IMG/VR virus record: IMGVR_UViG_3300050021_000174
Span: 1-59,504 of that record
DNA from: a virus
Lineage: Duplodnaviria > Caudoviricetes
Direction: 5' to 3' (one strand)
Length of the DNA stretch: 59,504 nucleotides
Part shown: piece after piece, positions 8,785 to 17,551 of the stretch
Position numbering within the stretch: position 1 is the first letter of the stretch
How the letters are laid out: the number at the start of each line of letters is the position of its first letter
Notes under the pieces: model-generated
Told to the model about the DNA's origin: nothing
Databases searched by the model: none
The model's input: only the letters and a program-made list of their open reading frames with translations
Made by a program: the position numbers and the translations under genes

Positions 8785-9435
8785 TCACCAAGGCAATTCA
8801 TCTTCGGCCGGCGGTTCTCCCTCAAGACGTTCAGGAGAGTCGCAAGCAAACTTAATGCCGCGGTTTCCCCTTGCGATCCAGCATAGGCGGGGATCAGGTC
8901 CATTCAACCGGTCAATCTCGGCCAGACAAGCCCTGACATAGATTACCGCAATGGACTTGATTCTATTGTCGGCAAAACTCCCCACCCAGGATTCAGGGCA
9001 ACCCTGCGCTAACCAGTTGTCTATTTCTGCACGTTGCAGCTCCCATGGGTCAGGTTGTAATGCCTTGAGTCTCCGCAACTCATCCGTAGCACTAATCAGT
9101 TGCCGCCTGTATATATCCACCGTTTTCCCGAGGCGATCCACGAGGTACGCCTGAGCCGCCTCCCACGTATCGTGGTACACTTGATAGTCGGTTATCTTGC
9201 GTTCTTGACGATCATTATCAAGCCATACGGTCTTGTCGGTTTCCCCAGTGATTTCCACTTCGGTTATCTCGTTGTTCCACCGGCTCCCAGTTCTATACTT
9301 TTTCACTTTCTCCCCCTTCCGAAGCCGAGTACAAGTCGCAAACAAACGCAATGCCCCGATCTGCACTTGCACCCCAACATAGGCCGAAAGTTCGGCCGTC
9401 TCGTTCCGGGCAGTCAAGGTTCGGACAAACTTCAA
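8785..9435 (-). CDS. Hypothetical protein (start uncertain)
   Basis: Long ORF within the leftward operon. Confidence 0.5.
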   Translation of the reverse strand: MKFVRTLTARNETAELSAYVGVQVQIGALRLFATCTRLRKGEKVKKYRTGSRWNNEITEVEITGETDKTVWLDNDRQERKITDYQVYHDTWEAAQAYLVDRLGKTVDIYRRQLISATDELRRLKALQPDPWELQRAEIDNWLAQGCPESWVGSFADNRIKSIAVIYVRACLAEIDRLNGPDPRLCWIARGNRGIKFACDSPERLEGEPPAEDELPW

Positions 9436-9614
9436 ACGGTTTTAGTCTCATGGTTTGACTCCTCTCCGTGGATCTCCAAGGCGAGCAGCCGCTTGATCTG
9501 GGCGGAACGCTGACGGACTAGTCGCCTCTTCTGAGAAGTATCCCAGGGCGGATTTTCGTAAATCGAAAGCAAAATCGCCTCCAGTTTCGCATCGAACTCT
9601 TTCCCGAATTTCAT
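9432..9614 (-). CDS. Hypothetical protein
   Basis: AAAGGGG RBS; 60 aa. Confidence 0.45.
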   Translation of the reverse strand: MKFGKEFDAKLEAILLSIYENPPWDTSQKRRLVRQRSAQIKRLLALEIHGEESNHETKTV

Positions 9615-9665
9615 TTTGCTGCCCCCTTTCCCGCAAGTCGAAGCGGTTCCATTTTCCGAATGTCC

Positions 9666-9830
9666 TTAAACTGTTACAGTGTAAAAAACGCCCTTTTCCG
9701 AGAGCTCCGTAAGATAATTAATATCTTTGTAGATCAGTTTGAACCATTCACCATTTCCACGGGATTCCCTAAATCGTTCGTGGAGTTCTCGCTCAAGCCT
9801 ACCGTGATTATTCGAAGCTATTGTACACAA
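9666..9830 (-). pseudogene. 3' fragment of a T5orf172/GIY-YIG-like gene
   Basis: Hand translation ...GRLERELHERFRESRGNGEWFKL...; begins at the right end of the TnpB element and has no start. Confidence 0.65.
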
Positions 9831-9847
9831 TGTGACTACTCCGTCAG

Positions 9848-11002
9848 CTAAAGCAGACGGCTTCTTGGGACACTCGGAGCAACCTCCAAGTTAAGTCCCA
9901 CAGGCTTAGTCCAAGCCTGAACACCACGAGCAAGAATATTTCTTGCAGCGTTGTGATCTCGGTTTAACACAAGTCCACAGTGAGGACAGTTGTGAATACG
10001 AACAGACAAAGATTTTTCGACAATTTGCCCACAAGAGGAGCAGATTTGACTTGTGTTTTTAGGGTTTACACCTATCACAGTGACACCAGCACTTTCAGCC
10101 TTGTGTCTCAGGATGCTCTGGAACGATGCCCAAGCAACGTCAGAGATCGAACGGGCGAGTCTACGGTTCTTGACCATACCTTTGATGTTCAAGCTTTCCA
10201 TAGCAATCATCCCGTATCGACGGATCAATTCATTAGAAGTTTTGAAGTGAAACTCTCTGCGAACATTCTTTACTTTAGCGTGAAGCTTTTGAACTTTCTT
10301 AATAGCCTTGCGCCCATTACTTCCAAGCTTCTTTTTTCTAGAAAGGCTACGTTGTCGCCTTCGCAATTCAGGAAGCTCAGCCTTGAGGAATCGTGGATTA
10401 GCGACATGCTCACCATTACTAGTGACAAGGAAAGAGTTAAGCCCAACATCAATACCAATCGAAGGATTAACAGAGGGAGCAATAACAACATCTCCCAGGT
10501 CACAAGAGACAATCAAATACCACTTTCCAGCTTCTCGCTTCAAGGAAAGAGTTTTGATCGTGCCCTCGACTGGACGATGCAAACAGACTCGGATTATTCC
10601 AACGTGTTGAACTCTCAATCTATTAGCAGTCAGGCGAATTCCATCACCGTGAGAGGGAAACTCAACAGAATCAAAGAAGTCCCTTCCTTTGAATCGTGGG
10701 TATCCAGGTTTGTCCCCTGTCTTGATACGACGAAAGAAAGCCTGGAAGGATTTGTCCAGTCTTCTCATAGTAGCTTGAGCAGAAGAGAAGTTAATTCTAG
10801 CAAAATAGTCGTTAGTAGTCCTTTCAGCCTTGAACCAAACAGACTGCTCAGTGTATTTGATCGACTTCTTTTCCAGTTCGTAAGCATCTTTCTTTTGAGC
10901 AAGGCAGGCATTATACAGGCGTCTGTGAGTCTCAAGCATTATCCCAAGCTCACGCTCCTGATTTTTGTTAGTCCAAAGCCTGTATTTGAAAGCCTTTCTC
11001 AC
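9848..11002 (-). CDS. tnpB: RNA-guided endonuclease TnpB
   Basis: KAFKYRL N-terminus, RuvC GIDVG / MESL / RDHNAA, Zn ribbon CSSCG...CPHCG. Confidence 0.95.
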   Translation of the reverse strand: MRKAFKYRLWTNKNQERELGIMLETHRRLYNACLAQKKDAYELEKKSIKYTEQSVWFKAERTTNDYFARINFSSAQATMRRLDKSFQAFFRRIKTGDKPGYPRFKGRDFFDSVEFPSHGDGIRLTANRLRVQHVGIIRVCLHRPVEGTIKTLSLKREAGKWYLIVSCDLGDVVIAPSVNPSIGIDVGLNSFLVTSNGEHVANPRFLKAELPELRRRQRSLSRKKKLGSNGRKAIKKVQKLHAKVKNVRREFHFKTSNELIRRYGMIAMESLNIKGMVKNRRLARSISDVAWASFQSILRHKAESAGVTVIGVNPKNTSQICSSCGQIVEKSLSVRIHNCPHCGLVLNRDHNAARNILARGVQAWTKPVGLNLEVAPSVPRSRLL

Positions 11003-11104
11003 TTACTTTCCCTTTTGTGCCTCTATGTATTTTCTAATCGTATATTCGGAAACGTGTCCAACAGACCCGGCATAATAAGACCTAGACCAAAGTGTCGGAA
11101 GTTT
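11003..11104 (-). pseudogene. tnpA: C-terminal remnant of an IS200-type Y1 transposase
   Basis: KLPTLWSRSYYAGSVGHVSEYTIRKYIEAQKGK*, aligning with LWSPSYYVGTAGHVSADTIKKYIE of the intact TnpA at 23595. Confidence 0.85.
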
Positions 11105-12863
11105 ACCACCCTCCCCGCATAAGCCTATAGTCCTCTTTCCCGGCTCTGCGCCAATCACCCATGTTGGTAATTGCTTTTGAATTATCTAAGTCAACCTCGA
11201 AACTTCTGACAAGACCGTTTGCATTAAACTTTGGATTTCGGGACAATTTCACTTTCTCCAAATAGGCCATAACGTATGGGGAAAAACCGGGCCGCAGGAT
11301 AAGATTTAGAGAAACGTAAAGTCGTGATTTCTCTTTTGTTGCCTCACCGCCCTTACCTAAAGGCTCACCCTTCTTTTTCTGCAACGCTACAACGCAAATC
11401 CCGGAACCTACCTTCTCGTGAATACTCTTCAGAATATCTCCTATAGCGTAAAAATCCTTGTGGATGTCGATGAAATCAATCACGGTAGCTTGGTCTGCCA
11501 AGATGTGATGGTGGTAGTTCTTCTCCACTCTACCAAAATCCACTCGGTTCCAAAGGTCTGTATCCATCCAACTCCCATAAGACAGAAGCCGTCCATCAAG
11601 TTCCGCGTCGCTCATTTCGCTGTTTATGTACCTGATTCGATGGGTCCGAAGATTGAGGCGACAGAACTCCAGCATGAACCACGTTTTAGCGGCGTTCCCG
11701 TCCCCGGCCACGACAATGAGATTACCCGGCTGGATTTTAACAAACTCACTGAGTCCCAGGGGGAGAGTGCAGCGATATTCACTGTCTTTGCTCTGGAAGA
11801 GTTTTTGCGGTGTAAACTGGGTGTCTATTCTTTGATACGTGCCAGATTTAGTTCCGATCCGTTCAATGACATTTTCTTTTAGTAATCGAGACAATATATT
11901 GCGAGTGTTTTTAGTATCTTTAAATCGCAAGTCCCGTGCCACATCAGTATAGTGGAACACGCCATCTGTAATATCTAACCATTTCCGTATCTTATCGGAG
12001 TCAGACAGCTCAGGCCGGACTAAGTTTGTATCATAGTTTGTATCAAGTTTGTATCGGTTTGTATCACCCTCCGCAGATGTACCGTTTGTACCGTTTGTAT
12101 CGTTTGTATCATTTGTATCAGACGGACCCGGCCCATATCTTTTCCAAGCCTGATCTACTTTTGATAGTGCTAGCCGCTCGGAAAATCGTGGTGTACAGTT
12201 CGCCGCCGCGTGGCAAACCAAAAGCTCAGCCTCGGCCTTCGATACGTCTCTTCTGCGTAGTAGGCAGGCATACTTAAAGAGTTTTTCGTCCCGCTCCCCC
12301 TCTCCTACACCCGCCAAAATGGACAGGGGGTCCAACTTCGTAGGGCCATCGTTATCCAAGGGTACCATTGAATAGAGGTTTAAAATCCACCTTGGGGGGT
12401 CCACAATAGAACTGTCAGGGCCGAGTTTGTAGGTTCCTCCGGTTTCAGGGTGAATGCTTCCTGGGGCTACGACTTGACCCCCTACTCCGCGAATATCAAA
12501 TCCTAATTCTTTAAATGCCTTGTTGCCGTATACTTTCTCTTTGGGGTAGCGGTAGAGAAAATGAAATTTTCCACTTCCCGTTTCGTGATACCGGGTTGCA
12601 GGGCAAGTCCAATGGCGCTTAATGCAAGTCTTTTCAAACAGCTCCGGATCGTCAACATCGAGAACGAGTACGCCGCTAGTAGGTCCGCAGGCTATCCCGG
12701 CATTGTCTCCCTCTTGGAAATCTATCTCTTCAAAAGATCGGCGCTTATGGCAATACTGTTGCCACTCTTTTTCCAACGGGACTTTGCCCTTAACCCTAAT
12801 AAGACTATATTCCTCTGACAACTGCCGAAACAGTTCCATGTCAGATTTACCCTCCTCCTGCAT
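11103..12863 (-). CDS. Bifunctional primase-polymerase + PriCT + wHTH + RecA-type helicase-like domain
   Basis: NAGIACG...LVLDVDD, TGSGKFHFLY, DIRGVGGQVVAPGSIHP, PriCT EGERDEKLFKYAC; P-loop GDGNAAKT, Walker B VIDFID. Confidence 0.9.
   Translation of the reverse strand: MQEEGKSDMELFRQLSEEYSLIRVKGKVPLEKEWQQYCHKRRSFEEIDFQEGDNAGIACGPTSGVLVLDVDDPELFEKTCIKRHWTCPATRYHETGSGKFHFLYRYPKEKVYGNKAFKELGFDIRGVGGQVVAPGSIHPETGGTYKLGPDSSIVDPPRWILNLYSMVPLDNDGPTKLDPLSILAGVGEGERDEKLFKYACLLRRRDVSKAEAELLVCHAAANCTPRFSERLALSKVDQAWKRYGPGPSDTNDTNDTNGTNGTSAEGDTNRYKLDTNYDTNLVRPELSDSDKIRKWLDITDGVFHYTDVARDLRFKDTKNTRNILSRLLKENVIERIGTKSGTYQRIDTQFTPQKLFQSKDSEYRCTLPLGLSEFVKIQPGNLIVVAGDGNAAKTWFMLEFCRLNLRTHRIRYINSEMSDAELDGRLLSYGSWMDTDLWNRVDFGRVEKNYHHHILADQATVIDFIDIHKDFYAIGDILKSIHEKVGSGICVVALQKKKGEPLGKGGEATKEKSRLYVSLNLILRPGFSPYVMAYLEKVKLSRNPKFNANGLVRSFEVDLDNSKAITNMGDWRRAGKEDYRLMRGGW
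12024..12120. repeat. 9-bp TTTGTA(T/C)C(A/G) direct repeats, candidate replication iterons
   Basis: About nine imperfect copies inside the primase gene, encoding DTN/GTN. Confidence 0.7.
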
Positions 12864-12872
12864 ATCAAGCCC

Positions 12873-13145
12873 CTACAGCGTAGCCATAAATAAGTCCAAC
12901 GCCTCCAAAGCTAACTCTTGGAATTGGTCGTTTTTGGCCCGGTCGTAAAAATTTATTATAAATGCGTATGTGGATTTTCCGTCTTTTTCGTAAGGCTTTG
13001 CGGGCATAGCGAGCCATCGCTTACCCGCTTTTTCGTGTAAGCAGATATCGCGTATCTCGATCCCTACATTTGTTAATCGGAGAGTTAAAAATCCTTGGAG
13101 GGTATTTTTGTTAAACGGTCGGAAATCCTGTATCTGTATAGCCAC
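12873..13145 (-). CDS. SpoVG-like / single-stranded DNA-binding protein
   Basis: TLQGFLTL...IEIRDICLHEKAGKRWLAMPAKPY; directly upstream of the primase. Confidence 0.65.
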   Translation of the reverse strand: MAIQIQDFRPFNKNTLQGFLTLRLTNVGIEIRDICLHEKAGKRWLAMPAKPYEKDGKSTYAFIINFYDRAKNDQFQELALEALDLFMATL

Positions 13146-13461
13146 TAGAGTCCTCCGAGTGAGAGATTTGCGCGGGCTTCAGTGAGTTTGCCCCCAGGGA
13201 CAAAGGGCGAACCCCTCCCGTCTTTCTCGGAAGTTCCCGCGCACAATCGTTAGTTTCAGAGTTGGATTTGCTCATACTTGCGTCCCCGGTTCAAGGCTCC
13301 AATCGGTCTGACCCGATCAGATTGAAACTCACTATCTCATATCCCCGCCCCTATTGCAAGCCTGCCTACACACTTTTTCTCTGCCGGGTAGGGGAAGGCT
13401 GTATTTTTTCCTATTTGTAAGATTCATTGCTATATGAGTATTAATATTAGTAGATAGTGTT

Positions 13462-14367
13462 TCACGCATCAAGGCACATCGACTGAACTGAAGGCCGATC
13501 AACCGCATTCATCTGGTATTCAATTTTGAGCTGCTTTTGTTTCTCAGTCGGTAAGTCGGGTGTCCCCTGAGCGTCGAAACCGTCAGCGAACGGCCACTTG
13601 GCGATCACCGCATCTCGACAGGCAGGATAGCCGTAGACATCACTCCAAATTCCCCGGAGGCATTCGGTATGCCAGTAGCATCGAGGAGCTTCCGGCCCTA
13701 TTCCTGCTTGTTTTCGCACCTTTCCTGACGGCCAGATCGTACAGCCGTTGACGCGGATTGCGTTTGCCGGGATCACTATCGGTTTGATCGGCTTCGGCAA
13801 CGGGATAATTGCCGCTACCTTCACGACCACAGCGGGCTTGCGTGACGCCGTGCCGGTGCAAGTGGGGCAAATTGAGTCGGGCCTACCGTGGCGTCTGATA
13901 TGACCCCTTGTAACGTCCCGCGTCATTCCGCAGCCAGGACAAATAACGGGGACTCGCTCCTTCTCTGTGCATCGGAAACATATCCCGCGCCAAGCGTCCG
14001 GTGGAATGTGCAAGCCGCATTTGAGACACGGCACGAAACCCTTACGCCCATTTGCGACGTTCCTCTTTCGGCCACACTCGTTACAAACTGACTGAGGCGT
14101 TAGGTTCAAAGAGTGCTTGTGCGTCACCTGACGGTCCCTGTGACATTTTGGACAGTTAACGGTTACAAGTTGTCCGTCCTTACACCAGTTGCAAAGATAA
14201 TGGTCAGTCAGCACGCGACGGCCACACTGGATACATTTTGACACGGTTTCTATCCTCCTGGTCCTCCACCCGACGATGTGCCTACATTGACGACATAGGT
14301 TCCCCGATTGCCCCCAATACCGGCGGCCACATTCCGTACATGTTCGAGTAGTACGGCGGCGGGGCAT
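13462..14367 (-). CDS. Cys-rich multi-zinc-finger protein
   Basis: Ten CxxC pairs in a basic N-terminal region. Confidence 0.7.
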   Translation of the reverse strand: MPRRRTTRTCTECGRRYWGQSGNLCRQCRHIVGWRTRRIETVSKCIQCGRRVLTDHYLCNWCKDGQLVTVNCPKCHRDRQVTHKHSLNLTPQSVCNECGRKRNVANGRKGFVPCLKCGLHIPPDAWRGICFRCTEKERVPVICPGCGMTRDVTRGHIRRHGRPDSICPTCTGTASRKPAVVVKVAAIIPLPKPIKPIVIPANAIRVNGCTIWPSGKVRKQAGIGPEAPRCYWHTECLRGIWSDVYGYPACRDAVIAKWPFADGFDAQGTPDLPTEKQKQLKIEYQMNAVDRPSVQSMCLDA

Positions 14368-14609
14368 TAGTGGCTTTCTCTCCATTGGATAACCGTCTGT
14401 TGGTCTAATAGCCTCTTCATTCGGTTATTTTCATCGACGAGCATTCTATTGGTAGCCTTGAGGTCGGCCATATCATCTTCCAGGTCGCTCAATTCATCTT
14501 CCAGGCTGCTTATTTCGTTTTGGAGATTAACCGATGATCCGTCGGCTACTATCCGAACAAGCTCTTTGGCTACAGGGAGAGGGAGAGAAACAACCGCCGC
14601 CCGATTCAA
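14367..14609 (-). CDS. Hypothetical coiled-coil protein
   Basis: GGAGG RBS; heptad pattern. Confidence 0.55.
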   Translation of the reverse strand: MNRAAVVSLPLPVAKELVRIVADGSSVNLQNEISSLEDELSDLEDDMADLKATNRMLVDENNRMKRLLDQQTVIQWRESH

Positions 14610-14781
14610 ATTCGGACCTCCAAATAAGGTGCTCGATTAGTGGCTGCTCCTATCCGTGTCCGACTTCCCCTCACCCCCGAAACGCCACATGATTTCACCG
14701 GCAAGCCGGATGAGGGCTATGATGCCGATGCCTATTAAAAGCCAGTGTTGCCAGTGCATAACGTCCTCCCTGAAGTGTGCG

Positions 14782-14997
14782 TTAATTGTTTGCCCAGCGC
14801 GCCCAATCTCTGATGCGATTCTTGAGCTTGTTAAGATTAGACTCTTCCCAGCCCTTGAATTTGCCGTGCCAGAATATGCCCATCTCTAGGATGTCCATCG
14901 TTTCAGCATTCCCGTGAATCATGAACACTGCAAATTTTCCATCAGAGGTAAGGCGTTCGTACGCGCAAGCTCGATATACTGTTTGGGGGTGTACCAT
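14782..14997 (-). CDS. Hypothetical protein or 3' gene fragment
   Basis: Overlaps the truncated end of the ParB-Dam ORF in another frame. Confidence 0.3.
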   Translation of the reverse strand: MVHPQTVYRACAYERLTSDGKFAVFMIHGNAETMDILEMGIFWHGKFKGWEESNLNKLKNRIRDWARWANN

Positions 14998-15581
14998 TCG
15001 TTTTCGCCGGTATTGACGGTGCGGAAGTGAGGCTTCGCAATTTCCTCGGCTTGTTTCTCGGGAGGGAGCGAAGCTATCTTTGAAGCTGTGCTTACCGCAA
15101 TATTCCCTGATTCGACTTCACGGACAAGTTCGGGGATACCCTCGCGCAAGACCTTACTGGCAGAAGCTACCGTTCGAGGGGAAACATTAAGCAAATCTGC
15201 CGCCTCGGAACGCGTACAGACATGCAAATTTGCATCTCTTGATATGTCAGCCCTCTGTCCGTGTCTTAAGCTCTCCACCTTGGCCGCCACTATTCCGCGC
15301 TGTCCTTCGTCCAAATGCCTCCGGTGCAGGTTCAGGCTGAGGATGAAATTGATAAGTGGCACGCACCCATCGAACTCAATAAATCTCGGTTTTACCTCGG
15401 CTTCAATACAAGCCCGATACCTGTTGCGCCCGTCAATGATTTTGCCCTGGTAGGTGGTTATCGGTTCCATCAGGCCATTAGTTCGAATGTCTTCAACCAA
15501 AGCTTCGAACTCTCGACCTTCCATGAGCGGGAAAATGTTTGCTACCGGATGAAACTCCATACGTTCTATCCTTTCAGGCAT
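14919..15581 (-). pseudogene. ParB/Spo0J-like protein with only the first residues of a phage Dam-type adenine MTase domain
   Basis: FHPVANIFPLM...IIDGRNRYRAC...NLHRRHL, then NTGENEWYTPKQYIELAR and an early stop. Confidence 0.65.
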
Positions 15582-15795
15582 GTGCCCGGTTGTGTTCTCA
15601 CTTCACCGCTGCCCTCGCTTTTCCCGGCAAACCATCGGGATAAAGAAGTTCCTGAATGCTAACCTCTCCCTTGGTTGCCGAACTGATAGCCGCCGCCGAG
15701 TTGAGATTTGTTTCTAAGAAATTCAGAATACTCCACTTCGTCCTCCCATCTACGGTTTACCCAAGGCTTGCGGTTGCTCCCCCTTGGCTATCGCC

Positions 15796-15999
15796 TCAAT
15801 CTTGGGTGGCATCTAAATAAGGGTTCCCGAACTCTTCGGGCCACATCCATTTTTGGCGAGCGATGCCCGTTGCGGCTTCGAGCTTCTCGGCCATTTTTTT
15901 AGATGGCGTTTTCTTTCGGCTTAAGATGTCCTTGGCCCAACGCTCCCCCATTGGAACTTTTTCAACCAGAAATTTAACTTTGTTCTCATTAAGCATCAC
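15796..15999 (-). CDS. Cro-like HTH transcriptional regulator
   Basis: DILSRKKTPSKKMAEKLEAATGI...WMWPE; heads the leftward replication operon. Confidence 0.7.
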   Translation of the reverse strand: MMLNENKVKFLVEKVPMGERWAKDILSRKKTPSKKMAEKLEAATGIARQKWMWPEEFGNPYLDATQD

Positions 16000-16143
16000 T
16001 GCAACCTTTTCTGTTTTTGAGTCGTACTATAAGTGTAGAATAACGTGTTCCGTTCAGTCAAGAACTATTATGTGTTCCATCGGCAAGCTCCGAAAGTAGC
16101 ATACGCAAACGTAGTCAGATAGCATACGAGAACGTGCGCTATC

Positions 16144-16479
16144 TCAACCTTTCTCCCACCTCGCAGTCCCGTTTCCGGGAACTGCTATGTCAAGGAAGCC
16201 ATGTTCGATCAGGCTGTCAATCGCTCTCAAAAACCGGGGTGGCGTTATCCCCATCTTTTCGGCAGTGCGGTACGGAAACACAAGCTGGTCATGATTTGTG
16301 CAAACCCATTTCCCGGCTTTCCGCTTAGTTTTCTCCATCTTGCGCTTTCCTAAAAAAAGCAGATAGATTTGCGGAGCAATCCCAGGTGGAAGATTCAACC
16401 ATGCTGCCGATGTGACAATTTCGCGGTCAATAACAATCGGGCCGAGAGGCCGTTTTGCTTTTTGCCCAGAATTCTCCAT
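16144..16479 (-). CDS. Winged-HTH protein, possibly truncated
   Basis: SAAWLNL...QIYLLFL...FPYRTAEKMGI...FLRAIDSLIEHGFLD. Confidence 0.55.
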   Translation of the reverse strand: MENSGQKAKRPLGPIVIDREIVTSAAWLNLPPGIAPQIYLLFLGKRKMEKTKRKAGKWVCTNHDQLVFPYRTAEKMGITPPRFLRAIDSLIEHGFLDIAVPGNGTARWEKG

Positions 16480-16589
16480 TAAATATGGACCCCTCCAAGA
16501 TTTACAATTCCCCCATTCCCAATATACCAATAAACGGGTTATGATGGAATAGAAAATTCGAGGGTCGGAACATTTCATTCACTTTTTGC

Positions 16590-16618
16590 TTGCAATCAGC
16601 TTTCAATGAGATTAAGAT
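16590..16618 (+). promoter_or_regulatory. Sigma70-type promoter of the rightward ncRNA/recombination operon
   Basis: TTGCAA-N17-TAAGAT. Confidence 0.5.
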
Positions 16619-16640
16619 AGTTGTGAAAGTGAGGGAAGCG

Positions 16641-16838
16641 ATGACGCAGCAAGAGATGAAAGATTGGATTGATTCAGCTTCTTATGAGCAGCTTTTGAGA
16701 AAATGGCGTTTTGCACCCGCCGGAGATCCCTTCTTCTGTGGAGAAATTGGAGGCTATTACACCGAGAAGCTCCACGATAAAAAGCAGGAAGTGGGACAAT
16801 CGGAGCATGTTGCTGCAAGTAAGTCGATAGGCTGGTAA
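16641..16838 (+). CDS. Small phage hypothetical protein
   Basis: WIDSASYEQLLRKWRFAPAGDPFFCGEIGGYY...HVAASKSIGW; GAGGGA RBS. Confidence 0.65.
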   Translation: MTQQEMKDWIDSASYEQLLRKWRFAPAGDPFFCGEIGGYYTEKLHDKKQEVGQSEHVAASKSIGW

Positions 16839-16850
16839 CCGAAACACCCG

Positions 16851-16986
16851 CCACGCTCCGCTTGTTTCGACTCGCGGTCCTGTGAGCGGCAACCGCCCGA
16901 AGATTCCAACCCCGTCACCATGAGGACCGGATGAAGCGGGCAGGAAACAGAATCGGAAACGGCAAGAACGGAAGCGGAGTGAACTG
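16851..16986 (+). ncRNA. Structured RNA domain upstream of the tRNA-like RNA
   Basis: CGCTCCGCTT(16854-63)/AAGCGGAGTG(16972-81) closing helix; CGGTCCT/AGGACCG inner helix; GCGG-CAA-CCGC hairpin. Confidence 0.5.
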
Positions 16987-17288
16987 TGGTGGAGTTGCCG
17001 AAGTAAAGGCGCGGTTTAGTAGGCACGAGGTAACCGGACATGTCAAAGCTGATTAGGCCAGGTAGACGCGAACGAGAGGCTAGAAACAGGCACAAGCGAG
17101 CGATGCTCTCGCATTTATCGCCAACCTGTGCGGAATGGGTGACGCTGAAGCTCGGACGTAAGAAGTTTTCTATCTGGTGCAGGAACCAGCTTTCATCCAC
17201 TGGTGGCCGATAGCTGAAAGTATCGCAAGAATGGACGAAGAGCACCCGACGTATCCATGCAGGTATCAAATCCTGTCTCCACCAACCA
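16987..17288 (+). ncRNA. tRNA-like RNA with a giant structured variable arm
   Basis: Acceptor (T)GGTGGAG/CTCCACC(A) followed by ACCA, D-arm GCC/GGC, stem CGGTT/AACCG, T-arm GCAGG-TATCAAAT-CCTGT, ~220-nt insert closed by GACATGTC/GACGTATC. Confidence 0.65.
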
Positions 17289-17551
17289 ACAATTCAACCA
17301 GGAGGATAACATGAGAAAAACGATCATAGGTCTGGCCATTGTATCGCTGCTCGGTTCGGCGGGAGCTTCATAGGAGTTCAAAATGAAACGGGCCGGAGAA
17401 AGTCCGGCCTCATAAGGCTCTACAAAGACGATCGTTCCAGAAATGGAGCGCGGGACAATCTGGCCCGGCTGGGCTGGGGATATTTTGTTAATTTCAGAAA
17501 CGACGACAAGAAAAACCCCTGCGGGCTTTCCTGTGGGAGAAAGGAGGGGTA

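Larger units (their letters stand above)
9832..11104 (-). mobile_element. Left-truncated IS605-type element (tnpA 3' remnant + tnpB + right end)
   Basis: Right end GAAG-CCGTCTGCTTTAGCTGACGG-AGTAGTCAC; no left-end hairpin seen. Confidence 0.8.

Noticed and set aside
9980-11122. 380-aa plus-strand ORF
   Set aside because: Antisense shadow of tnpB; Ser-rich, no motifs or RBS
16757-17269. 170-aa minus-strand ORF over the structured RNA region
   Set aside because: Opposes the operon direction, has no RBS or motifs; RNA helices explain the region better
16987-17288. tmRNA, canonical tRNA or group I intron-containing tRNA
   Set aside because: No G3-U70 pair or evident tag ORF; anticodon loop is 15 nt; the insert is in the variable arm rather than the anticodon loop, and I could not identify group I core motifs
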